A stretch of 64,000 nucleotides of DNA, from positions 146,712,728-146,776,727 of the forward strand of contig NC_052159.1 of the NCBI RefSeq assembly GCF_902713615.1, in the 5' to 3' direction. Positions 13,000 to 24,013 of this stretch are shown here, in pieces. Both the position numbers and the translations under genes were made by a program. The DNA is from Scyliorhinus canicula. Lineage: Eukaryota. Position 1 is the first letter of the stretch. The number at the start of each line of letters is the position of its first letter. The notes beneath the pieces are model-generated. The model was not told the origin of the DNA, did no database searches, and was given only the letters and a program-made list of their open reading frames with translations.

Positions 13000-13165
13000 C
13001 TGGCCGGAATTCTCTGGCTGTTGGGATTCTCTGTTCCCGCCAGCAGGCATCCCCGCCTGCTGGTTTCCAGCTCCTGAGGTGATTTCAATGGGAAATCCAA
13101 TTGACGGGAGCCAGAGTACCCGCCGACAGCAAACGGTTCGCCGTCGGGAAACATGCAGCCGGGGG
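13000..13165. mobile_element. Harbinger-type MITE fragment
   Basis: Shares the core 'caatgggaaa(t/c)cc(a/c)attg' and the GC-rich termini with 9651-9900, 29208-29419 and 52419-52590. Confidence 0.55.
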
Positions 13166-13779
13166 ACTTTGTATCCACGGTTCCCCAAAGGAGAAATGAA
13201 GTTGTGAACACAGCCCAACTGGGTCTGTGCTCTGTCTGACCTTCTACATGAGCAATTCGTCCAGAACACACGCTTGCCCCTTTATCCCTTGTTCTTTCAA
13301 ACTACCCAACCCTCACCTATTTGTAGAAGTTGAGATAGTGTCTGCTTCAAATCACCAGCCCTAGAATAGACGCATTTCCACAGCTTTTGGCATGCTCTCT
13401 GCCAAAACAACAGAATGGGTTCTCGAGCCATTGCTTCCGTTTCTCTTGTTCTGGTCTTGTATCTATGGTTCCCATTCCTGTCTCAATTTCCTTATCAGTG
13501 GAGTCATTGCTATCCTATTCCTGTCTCTCTGGATCTTCAGAATTTAGATATTGTCTTCATCAAACCACCTTGTATCGGTCTCTCTGCAAGGACAGCCCCA
13601 GGTTTTCAAATCTGTTTCCACATTGTATTCCCAGCTAGCCGGCAGTGGAATAAGAGCAGAAAATGCTGGGAGTACTCAAGGTCAGGTAGCATCTGTGAGA
13701 GAATAAACAGTTCACACTTCAGGTCGGTGACTTTTTGTCACAAGTGGAAAATGATAGGGAAAAAACCTGACCTGAAGGA

Positions 13780-14030
13780 GAAGGGCAACAGTTGCATGGA
13801 ACAGCACCACCTGGAGGTCCCCCTCCGAGCCACTCACTATCCTGACTTGGAATTATATCGCCGGGTCAGAATCCCTGGGAATTCCCTCGCGAACAGCACA
13901 GTGGTGTGCACCTTACACTGCACAAACTGCAGCCGTTCAAGAAGATGGCTCACCACCCACCTTCGCAAGGGGCTATTAGGGATAAAGCAATGACTGCTGG
14001 CCTAGCTAGGAAAGCCCACATCCCCTAGAA
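13780..14030 (+). mobile_element. CR1-clade LINE 3' fragment
   Basis: 'EQHHLEVPLRATHYPDLELYRR..NSLANSTV' matches the family at 61890-62280. Confidence 0.6.
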
Positions 14031-15105
14031 AACGGAATTACAATAAAACTGTTTCTCGCTCCAACCTATGCCGCCTGACCTATTGGGTATTTCTAACATT
14101 TTTCTTGTTTTTATTGATCGTCATAAAAAAATTAATGTGGTTCACTCGACTCCTTCAAGGGAAAGGAAATCTGCCTGTCCCAGTTCTGGCCAACCATGTG
14201 ACTCCAGGACCCACAGCAATATTCCTCTGAAATGTCCAGTTAACCCCCAGGGCCATTAGGGGACAGGGCAACAAATGCAGTCTTTGGCGAGATGGCCCAG
14301 CCAAAATGACCCCATCCCTTAAAGAATAAAAATAAAACTCTGATTTCCTGCCTCCCACAACATTTCACTTTTATTGCCTCCCCGTGAAACTTGGCTGGAC
14401 ACCTTGTAGCCCAACGTGCTCTTTTGGTGGTGGAGTTTTCAAAAACTCTTCCTCTACCCTTACCCCCAGTTTCGCACCCCTTACTCTTCTCCAGGAGTCT
14501 CCTAGACTTACTTTGTCAAAGACTTTCTGGAAATCCCACGCACAGGGACACCATTCTTACGTTCCACCAATCTGCCCGATCTCTCACTTCCTCAAAGAAT
14601 TCTTTTAGGTTTGCCAAGGAAGATCCCCCAACCTTAGCATAGCCTTGTTGCCATTTACTTGTTTTTTTTCAACTGGATATTCAATAAATTGTCAACACTG
14701 AGATTTTCCTGCACTTCCAGTGTATCTCCAGATTGTGCTGGCATTAGCGATCAGTTAGTGTTGTACTGGCTTTGGGAACTACCAACTCTTTAGACAGGTT
14801 TTAAAAACCGCCAGATGTAGTATATCCCACATTGTGGAAATCTAAATTCTATATATAAGATGACATTGCCTTTGTTGTTGCTTCTTATTGAGTTGAACGA
14901 ATCCAAGTACATCTCACCACCAATATACAGCCCCTACTACAGGTGGTTTTTTTCCTGCCTTTGTTTTGATTATTTAGCATTCAAAATGAAGAGTTTCCAA
15001 TCTCCTTTAATGCCTACAATGAAGACAGAGATTGAAACTAATTCATTTTCCCCAGTCCTGCACTTTGATACTAATTTAGGTATTTGTTGATCACTTAAGG
15101 GTTTA

Positions 15106-15700
15106 TGATGTGGAGATGCCGGCGTTGGACCTGGGGTGGCACAGTAAGAAGTCTTACAACACCAGGTTAAAGTCCAACAGGTTTGTTTCAAATCACTAGC
15201 TTTCGGAGCACTGCTCCTTCCTCAGGTGAATGAAGAGGTATTTTCCAGAGACATACATATATAGACAAGTCAAAGATGCAAGACAATATTTGAATGGGAG
15301 CATTTGCAGGTAATTACGTCTTATAGAGCCAGAGAGGGGGGCAACCCCAGGTTAAAGAGGTGTGAATTGTCTCAAGCCAGGACAGTTGGGTAGGATTTTG
15401 GCAAGTTCAGGGCCAGATGGTGGGGGATGAATGTAATACGACATGAATCCAAATCCCGGTTGAGGCCGTACTCATGTGTGCGGAACTTGGCTAAAAGTTT
15501 CTGCTCGGCGAGGCCGCCTTGGAGAACGCTTACCCCGAAGATCAGAGGCTGAATGCCTTCGACTGCTGAAGTGTTGCCCGACTGGAAAGGAAACAATCCT
15601 GCCTGGCGATGATCGAGCGATGTCCATTCATCCATTGTTGCAGCGTCTGCATGGTCTCGCCAATGTACCACGCTTCAGGGCATCTTTTCCTGCAGCGTAT
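15106..15700 (-). mobile_element. Penelope-like element 3' fragment (GIY-YIG endonuclease C-terminus plus pseudo-LTR)
   Basis: Minus-strand 'IRCRKRCPEAWYIGETMQTLQQWMNGHRS...AEQKLLAKFRTHEYGLNRD', followed by a hammerhead motif. Confidence 0.85.
15193..15229 (-). ncRNA. Minimal type I hammerhead ribozyme motif
   Basis: TCAC-CTGAGGA-A-GGAGC-AGT-GCTCC-GAAA-GCTA-GTGA: intact CUGANGA and GAAA boxes, 5-bp stem II, 4-bp stem I, palindromic AGCT in place of stem III. Confidence 0.7.
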
Positions 15701-16405
15701 GGGGTACATTCACAGACACTAACGCAAAACGTGCAAAAAAAAGGGCAGCAAAGGTTTACAGTTGAAAATCTATTGGTTCAGGGTAGGTAGAGGGGCTTCC
15801 CAGAAACTGATAATACACCACAATATTTTCGTGGGGACCAGGAAGAACCTATTCTAGACCCACTGGTTAAGAGGCTTCAATAATTGTCAACACTGAGGTT
15901 TTCCTGCAATTCCAGTGCATCTCCAGATTGTGCTGCATATCCGATCAGTTAGTGTTGCACTGGCTTTGGGAACTACCAACTCTTTAGACAGGTTTAAAAC
16001 CGCCAGATGCAGGTTTAAAACCGCCAGATCCTGGTGGAAAAGTATGGAGTCTGTCCATTTGTATCTGACAATAAACAAACAACTAGCACAGGGACCCAAT
16101 TTGTTTTTGCAAGCTGACTTCTTCCTGCTCAAAATCATCTCGGGAGGGCCTTGGACACCAAGTTGTAGCCGCTGTGCTGATTCCTATGCTTTGCAATTGT
16201 CAAGATATCTCACAACCTGGTCACCGAGCATGCTAAGGTCACCCTTGCCCTCTCCGTTCGATACAGAAGTTCAAATAGAGAATTAACCATGACTCTGTAG
16301 AACAAGGATTATTACTGCAGGTATCAGGCCAGGAGTTACTGTTTTGCTCACTAGATTCAAATCACAAGGTCCTTCTATGTGTTCAGCAACCAATGAGGTG
16401 AAGAT

Positions 16406-16692
16406 GGCACGGTGGCATAGTTGTTAGCACTGTTGCCCCACAGCACCAGGGTCCCAGGTTTGATTCCGGCTTGGGTCATTGTCTGTGCGGAATACGCACA
16501 TTCTCCCTGTGTCTGCGTGGGTTTCCTCTGCATGCTCCGGTTTCCTCCACAAGTCCCGAAAGTTGTGCTTGATAGGTGAATTGGACATTCTGAATTCTCC
16601 CTCAGTGTACCCGAACAGGTGCCTGAGTGTGGCGACTAGGGGCTTTTCACAGTAACTTCATTGCAGTGTAAGCCTACTTGTGATAATAATAA
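16406..16692 (+). mobile_element. V-SINE carrying the alternative 'ggcgactaggggcttttcacagtaacttcattg' tail
   Basis: HE1-like head and V domain joined to the 3' tail of the short SINE family. Confidence 0.8.
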
Positions 16693-18721
16693 AGAGTAGT
16701 ATCGTGGTGTGAAGTGGGGCGTTTTTCCAATATTTTTCAACCTACTTTTGGTTTGAAAGTGTTACAGAGGCAAACGAGGAATGCTAGATGGGCAATGATA
16801 CATGACTGCCTGATTTTCCACCAGGGCTACTTTTGCAAGAGAAGGTGAAGCTGATTCTGAATCTACCGCAATTGAAACCACTGAAATTCATTTGCACACA
16901 TGGGAGAAATTGATGATTATGCGAACCTTTCTGAAATTTACTATTGTCAGGCACTCACCCTTGTTTGATTAACGTTAATCCTGCCCCACTTCTGTCTAAC
17001 AAAGCATGCAAGTATTTATTCTCTTCATTTGCGCCTATTAGCCACCAGTACTCAGCCTGGGAATGGGACTTGTTCCTGATTGGTTAAGGACTCAGTCTAA
17101 TCTGAAGGTTACAGGGTGTACAGTAAGACAAAAAAAACCCGACGGTCAATTATGAATTTTAATCTACTCTGCTGGTAGCAGCCATTAATGAACACCCTTT
17201 CACGCTGATACGCTTTGTGAAGTCAACATATCGTTATATAATTTAAAGGATATTTGCACTAAGCTCAATTAAATTTTTAATCAGTGTGTTATATAACCCA
17301 TTAGTGCACACCTGTCCCATAGACTTGCATTTCTCTGAAATCAACCGTGACGCTACACAATTATTTGTACTGTTTCTGTGTACCTCTTTAATCAGAGAAA
17401 CAAAGTAACATTTGGTGGTTCTGAAAAGCACAGTAATTAATGCCAAGGTTACAGCAGCTCAGTAAAACTGAACAGAATGACTTTACACAGACGCCGAGGT
17501 GTCCTAGCTCAGCGGTTTTGTGGCCACACTTAGGGCTGAGTGTGTTTTAGCGCTCCTGTCATACCATGTAAGAATCCAGAAGGAAATAAAACCTTGTTTA
17601 TTTCCCTTCGAATTGGCCGAGAAAGCCACTTTTCTTCGCACAAGGCCTTTCCTCTGACTGCCGTGTTCTGTTAAGAGGGTCAAATGGTTCCAAATAATGA
17701 CTAAAGTGGGATGGAAACATTTCATCACATTCAAAGCTCTACATTTAAACCTAATGTGCATGTGCCTATGCCACCTCAGTATTGCTGCAAATTGCCTGCA
17801 GTGGACAAGTACAAAGGGGAAGCAAATTCATAACTACGGAATATAAATGAGTCAAGTTGAAGGGATACTAGCTGCTTCATAATTACGCACTTTAACGTAA
17901 GGTTAAATGACATATGCATTGCTCCAGTGTGTAAAAGGTAAATTAGCCTTTCACCCAATACGTTGCTGTTTGCAATTCCCACGCTAAAGCTCGTGATGAG
18001 AAAGGAACAGCAAATACTTTACTGTGCTACAGCTGAAGATGTATTAATAATACCATGAATCAACTTTTTATTTTCAGAACTATATGTGTTTAAGTTTTGA
18101 ATAATACCTCACGCCATCACTAAAAGACTGAAGTTACTGTTGGAGGGGTCCAGTAATACATTCAAAGAGATTTAAAATTTAAACAGCACTTATTTAGGAT
18201 AAAACATTGGGAATGAGAATAAATGGCATGAATTACCAATTTCTAATCGCAACTGCATTAAGGAAAACATAATCAATTTGTTATTTTCTCAACTTTATTA
18301 ATCCTGGATAGTTCTGGTCTTATTGCTCTATCTAGGGAGATGGGAATGGGAGTGGGCTTTTGGCCCATCCAAGCACGGGCAGAAAGCAACGGCCCTCCGA
18401 TACTGCAAGAGAAAACCGCGCACTTACCTGGGCCTCAGATAATCGTGCCGAAACTTCCTGGTTCCAGCGGCAGCCTCAGGCCTCCAGCGCGACAGTCTGC
18501 GCCGGCTCAGCGTGGCGCAGTTTGGATGTAGCCACGTCCCCTTGTGAACGCAGCAGCCAACGGGAATGCCCGTTGAGGGTAATAGCATTTAAAACTTCCA
18601 GGCGCGGGATTCTCCGTTCTGCCGACTAGCGCACCCAGGACCACGGGTTTCTTGGTAGCGTGTGGTGGCCACAATGGTAATTTCATCGTCAGGTGTCCGA
18701 AACAGAGAATCCCGCGGACGG

Positions 18722-18905
18722 TGAAATGAATGAAAATCGCTTATTGTCATGAGTAGGCTTCAATGAAGTTACTGTGAAAAGCCCCTAGTCGCCACATTCC
18801 GGCGCCTGTCCGGGGAGGCTGGTACGGGAATTGAACCGTGCTGCTGGCTCTGCTTGGTCTGCTTTAAAAGCCAGTGATTTAGCTGTGTGAGCTAAACCAG
18901 CCCCT
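18722..18905 (-). mobile_element. Short tRNA-derived SINE inserted in a Harbinger MITE (from 18600)
   Basis: Family sequence match; minus-strand head GGGGCTGGTTTAGCTC. Confidence 0.85.
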
Positions 18906-19344
18906 ATGTCCCCCATGAGGACCCTGATGCCGAGGAACACACAGCTTGCAGATTTACGTTGAAGGCAACAAGCAACATGTTTAACGAATGTTTCAAAAGG
19001 AATGTAAATGTTTTTTACAACAGTTCTTTTTGGCTTCTTTCTTTTATACAGACATTGCTGTTTTTATGGTTCTTTTAAAGTAATTTTTATTTTATTCTAT
19101 GATCTAAAGGTGATATTATTATTTATAAGGTAACATGGATTTTGTTATTAGTTTTTAAATCTCTATAAACTATTTAAATCTGAAGTTTTAGTATTTATAT
19201 AAGTGTATGTGTGGCATGCTTAAAGTGTTGCATGTATTAATTTACGATTATGGTCATAAGATTTTAAAAAGCATCCCAGAGTTTTTGCTGGTCACTGTCC
19301 TTGTAACATCTAATTTTTTGGATTGTGTTTATAGATTCAGTAGA

Positions 19345-19670
19345 ATAACTCCAGGTGCAGACGAAATCCATCGGTCCATCGAGTCTGCACCAAACTCTCC
19401 AAAAGAAGCACCTTACCCAGGTCCACGCTCCGCACTATCCCCATAACTCCCACCTAACCGGTTGGGCGCTAAGGGACAATTTAGCGAGATCAATCCACCT
19501 AAGCTGCAATATCTTTGGACTGTGGGAGGAAACCAAAGCACCTGGAGGAAAACCATGCGACACGGGAAGAATGTCTAAACACCACACAGTCACCCAAGGA
19601 CCAAATTGAACACAAGTCCCTGGTATTTTTAGGCAGTAAGGCTTTTAAACAATGTGCCATTGTGTTACCC
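19345..19670 (-). mobile_element. Diverged V-SINE (HE1-like)
   Basis: 'tctttggactgtgggaggaaaccaaagcacctggaggaaaaccatgc' is the reverse V domain; CR1-type tail. Confidence 0.8.
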
Positions 19671-19769
19671 ATGTTATTAGTGTTTCTGCCTTGTTAACTT
19701 CAATTATCTAATTCATTTATAATTATCTCTCCAAATTAATATATGTTTTATGTTTCAGTAAGACATTTG

Positions 19770-20405
19770 TAGAAGCTTGTAAAGTTTAATGGGAAAACAT
19801 TATTAACAAAAATAATTATACAAATACCGAACTTTGAAACCAGTTAACATTTAAATTAACATTTAACTTTATCAGCTATACAATGACATTTTGTGTAATA
19901 ACGACCTCAACATTTACAAATTTCTTGCAATAAAATATATATTCTCACTGAAACACAATGGTCAAAAAATATATTTTTCACATGAACATGACTTTCTCTC
20001 TATTTATAAAGGGGAGGGATGGAAGGAGGTGGAGTGGAGGGAGGAGGGGAGAGGGGAGGGAGGGAGGGAGTGAGATGAGGAGAGAGAGAGAGTATAGATA
20101 TATCAATTGTTAATTTTTCAAGCTCAAAGTACGAAAGCAGCAGCTATTGAAGCGCATTATCCTGGCACACATCTCCTCTGGCATCATTTCGGGATGTTCT
20201 CTGCCTGCACATTCTTAGGGGTGGGTAATTGATTTGCTCCCTCGTCAGGCAGAGATGTAGCTTGACTCTTCTCTCATGATCCCTGCGCCTGCGTCAAAGC
20301 CTCAAAAGAAGTTTGGGAGTTTAAGAAACCAAGCTATTGGTCTGAGGACCCAATGGAGGAGAAGCATGACTCCAAATTTTGAATCTGCACTGGATTCTGC
20401 AATAC
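19770..20405 (-). other. Candidate terminal exon plus AU-rich 3' UTR of an unidentified minus-strand gene
   Basis: Minus-strand acceptor 'CTAATgtgaactatctctctgacAG'; short ORFs ending in stops; repeat-free AT-rich tail containing TTTGTA(T/A) motifs and ATTAAA (19790-19785). Confidence 0.35.
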
Positions 20406-20499
20406 CTGTCAGAGAGATAGTTCACATTAGCTTACAGGAGGCTTGCGTATGTCAACTAAGGCATTAAACTTTGTTGAAACATTTGAAGTAATCACTGAG

Positions 20500-21208
20500 G
20501 CTTGTAAGGATGAACATTATGTCTGGGAGACTCTTAAACAGCTCTGCCTTTCAGGGATTGTGTTGGAGAAATTAGGGCCCGTACCTTACAAGACCCAAGG
20601 GAAGACCTTGCACAAACAAGTTGACAATCTTAAGAGACAAAAGCCTGCCTCAGAAGATGTTTCAATTCCCCGGGAAACATATCTTAGCCAATGCATGCAA
20701 TGCACCGTGGTCCAAAACCAGGACCTTCAAGATGATGGTGACTCTGGCTTGGAGATGGACACGAAAGAATCCACACCTACAGACGATGTCGTGTCCAGGC
20801 CGAACCCCCCAGAAAAAGCCCTCCGAGATCATCTCGAAAAAGGCAGTCTACAAACTGTTATATGCCATCTGACCCAGATCCGGCGGAAGTACATCCATGT
20901 GCAAAGCGGCACAGAAGGTCTCCTCAGTTTGTGACAGAGAACTTTCAGACTTGAGGAGGGGGAGGGTGTAATAACCATCATGAGGTCTATGGGGATACCT
21001 GATTGATCTCCCCTGGGACTTGTGGAATATGAGCTTCGTCGCTAGTGGGCTTATAAGAGCCCCGTATAAAGGCCGGCCCAGACAGGGACTGACATGTTGG
21101 TTATCCCAAAGGGACTGTGCTGTGTAAATAGGTCGCTGCCATAGACAGACGTTTTGTGACCTTGATTAAACCAATGTTCACCTTACCACTTGGATTCCTG
21201 GTCTTAAT
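20500..21208 (+). mobile_element. Gypsy 3' end: integrase C-terminal remnant, PPT and LTR
   Basis: 'GIVLEKLGPVPYK...HKQVDNLK'; PPT 'gaggaggggg aggg' followed by TG at 20967; LTR end approximate. Confidence 0.7.
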
Positions 21209-21959
21209 AAAAGGAATAAGGGAACGTTGCAGGATTATGGGATGAGAGCTGCAGTGTAGGTGGAAGCTAAACACCACACGTGATGGGTGGACTGAAGAGT
21301 CTTCTTTCCATGTTATTGCTTCTACATATTTCTAAGCACCTTCCTCTGCCAATACATTGCCTTGTCCCCGACACCACCAGTCTGCACAGTCTCTGCAGCA
21401 AATCTGTTTCATGTATATGCTGCTGTTCATGTTTTCTTTATCCGTAAAAATAGTTAAGCTGTTTTCCTGTTTTGAAATTGAGTCAGTTAACAGTTAATTG
21501 CAAGCACATGGAAGTCACATTCAATTAAGTGCAGCTTTACATCAACACAGCAGTCAGTGGCAAATGCCCAATACTGTGATTCTTAATCGTACTCTTGAAT
21601 GTCAGAGAACTGGCATTCGTGGTAAACCGCATATTTTTGAGACTTGAGCTACTGTTGTGGTCTCTCCTTCAGAATGTGAACTTATCCTTAATAGTGATGG
21701 CTATTATACATGCCTTAAATTTAAAAGTATCATGGTGAAGAAAAGTGTTGCGCTTATTTTGTCTCAACATTTCATGTAAGTGCCACAGCTCCTGTACTAA
21801 TTTCTCCATCACTGTCCTGTCAGAAAATAGCAAATTCTCTGATTCACTATAAGCAACGACACAGGAAACCTGCAGATGATAGAATACGCTTCTTGCATAT
21901 AGGACTGTCTTTCTCTTACTTCCTGTCACATTTCAATGATTATTCCTTGAATGAAAGAT

Positions 21960-22940
21960 CTATCTTTGTGCAGCGCCTTTCATGACCATCGGACGCCTTA
22001 TGCACTTTACAACTATGGAGTACTTTTGAAGTCACTGTAGTGATGTAGGAAACACAGCAGCCAATTTGTGCACAGCAAGATCCCACAACAACAATGTGCT
22101 ACAGGCCAGATACTCTGCTTTTGTGATGTCGATTGTGCTCTGAGATTGGTCAACTCTGAACATGGTTCTTGGTTAGTAGACAGATGTAGGCATTCTCTCG
22201 TACTTGCTTAACACTTGTTTGTTAGTACTGCACGGTAGCATTGTGGATAGCACAATCGCTTCACAGCTCCAGGGTCCCAGGTTCGATTCCGGCTTGGGTC
22301 CCTATCTGTGTGGAGTCTGCACATCCTCCCCGTGTGTGTGTGGGTTTTCTCCGGGTGCTCCGGTTTCCTCCCACAGTCCAAAGATGTGCAGGTTAGGTGG
22401 ATTGGACATGATAAATTGCCCTTAGTGTCCAAAATTGCCCTTAGTGTTGGGTGGGATTACTGGGTTATGGGGATAAAGTGGAGGTGTTGACCTTGGGTAG
22501 GGTGCTCTTTCCAAGAGCCGGTGCAGACTCGATGGGCTGAATGGCCTCCTTCTGCACTGTAAATTCTATGATTAATCTATGATCTAAACAGGTTACGGAG
22601 TAGGCAGCGTAGCTCCGAAGCAACATTCCAACCTCTCTCTCTCTCTCTCTCTCGAGTCTAGCACATGATTAACTAGTGTCATTGATACATCATCACCTGC
22701 ATCATACATCAGCGCATCCCATCTTTTAATCTTTTGTACTACAGAATGTGGGATAAGTATTGGGTAAGACACAAGGGGTAATTCGTCTGCTGTCTGTGAA
22801 ACGGTGGCAAAGGGTCTTTTATGTCTACCTGAGACGGCATTCGGGTCATCGATTCAACATCTCATCCGAAAGATGGTACTTTCAATAATATTGCATTCCC
22901 TCAGCACTGCACTAGCGGCTCAGTCTTGAATTTGTGCAGA
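21960..22940 (-). mobile_element. Old Deu-domain (SacSINE1-like) SINE split by later insertions
   Basis: Tail piece 21960-22135 and body/head 22730-22940 ('acatctcatccgaaagatgg...ccctcagcactgcact'); related pieces at 9905-10060, 10740-10870, 54140-54470 and 55290-55650. Confidence 0.55.
22228..22583 (+). mobile_element. V-SINE (HE1-like), near full length
   Basis: A box, B box GGTTCGATTCC, V domain, CR1-derived tail 'gatgggctgaatggcctccttctgcactgtaaattctatg'. Confidence 0.9.
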
Positions 22941-23911
22941 GTTTTTTGATCATTTTTTCCATTTTGATCCAAGTAACATTCCTTCATGAAGTTCAAAAAC
23001 TGTCTATATGCCGGGGTCCTGGGGCTGAATCTTATGCTACGAAAGTGTGCTGCCTTCATCTACAGAAGCAGAATATTCGGTGTGATAACATTGGGTCGTT
23101 AACTTAATGTCATCACGCTGGTTCACAATAATACAATAGGCAGGTGGGTCTCAAAGTCAGCAGTCCATCCACCAATTAAAATGATCAATTTGAGGCCTTT
23201 TAAGCTAGATAGCAGTCCAAGCGACTAATAAAATGTTCCCGACGCAATAATAAGGTGGATATTCGTGAAACATGCCTGTTGATTTGTTTTTCAGGCTTTC
23301 ATGAAAGGTAAGGTATAAAGGCCAAAGGTGGGTCAATGCCTGACGTTAGTAGGGGAGGTTGCTGAAGGTTATTTCTTGTTGCTGTTCATAAACCTCTTCA
23401 GAACCAGGCCTATCCGTCAGCTGAGCCGTGCATACCCACCGAGCTATGTATCTGCGTCGGTGCTGGGTGCAGAGCAAAGATGTGATGCTGCGCTCTCCGA
23501 GACATCCTCTTCCTCCTCACAGGTTAATGTCAGTCCTTCGGGGCTGGTGCCCCGCTGTTGCCCATGCTGCTCCTGTGCAGAAAACAAAAGGAAGGAGGGT
23601 TAGGGACATCTTCAATCTTCGAGGTGAGTGTGTTGAGATACGCCCCATCCTCATTGCAAACAGTGGAGCCTTTGGGAGATGTGACTCAGTGTTTGAAACT
23701 GATAACACTCAACGTAGGGGCACACCTTCTTCTCTGATGCACGTAAATCTTCAAAGTTACAAAGTACCAATACTGACAGCTTACACAGTCTCATGTATCT
23801 CCCGTTCCCCAGCCCTTTTAACGGGTGTTTAGTGGAATTATAAAAATACTTTCTTGTAATTTGACCACTCCAGGCTCTTCCTTCTCTCTTGCCTGGACCA
23901 ATGAACCTGCT

Positions 23912-24013
23912 TCAGGCATCGGCTACAAACTGCAAAACTTCCTCCTCGACGGGAGTCAGTATGGCCAGCTTAGTGCACCTCCTCCTCTCCCTGGTATTGT
24001 GTGCTCTCTTCTC
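23912..24013 (-). pseudogene. Harbinger Myb/SANT-like protein, exon 2 remnant
   Basis: AG acceptor at 24015-24014, then in frame 'EKRAHNTRERRRCTKLAILTPVEEEVLQFVADA*'; donor GTGAGT at 24291-24286. Confidence 0.6.

Larger units (their letters stand above)
14680..16029 (+). repeat. ~135-bp imperfect direct repeat pair (14680-14817 and 15876-16009) with a short tandem copy at 16010-16029
   Basis: Direct comparison: 'ttcaataa(a)ttgtcaacactgag...gggaactaccaactctttagacagg...ccgccagatg' occurs twice. Confidence 0.85.

Noticed and set aside
13415-13993. 192-aa ORF
   Set aside because: Mosaic of a Penelope-type repeat and a CR1-clade 3' fragment.
20443-20934. 163-aa ORF as a host gene
   Set aside because: Contains Gypsy integrase C-terminal motifs and is followed by a PPT and LTR.
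21673-21775. AG...GTAAGT-bounded open frame on +, and a similar one on - at about 40670-40740
   Set aside because: Splice-like signals only, with no recognisable peptide; expected by chance in 64 kb.
22228-22300. tRNA genes at SINE heads (also the short SINE heads)
   Set aside because: A/B boxes are present but run into SINE bodies and LINE-derived tails, so these are not tRNA genes.
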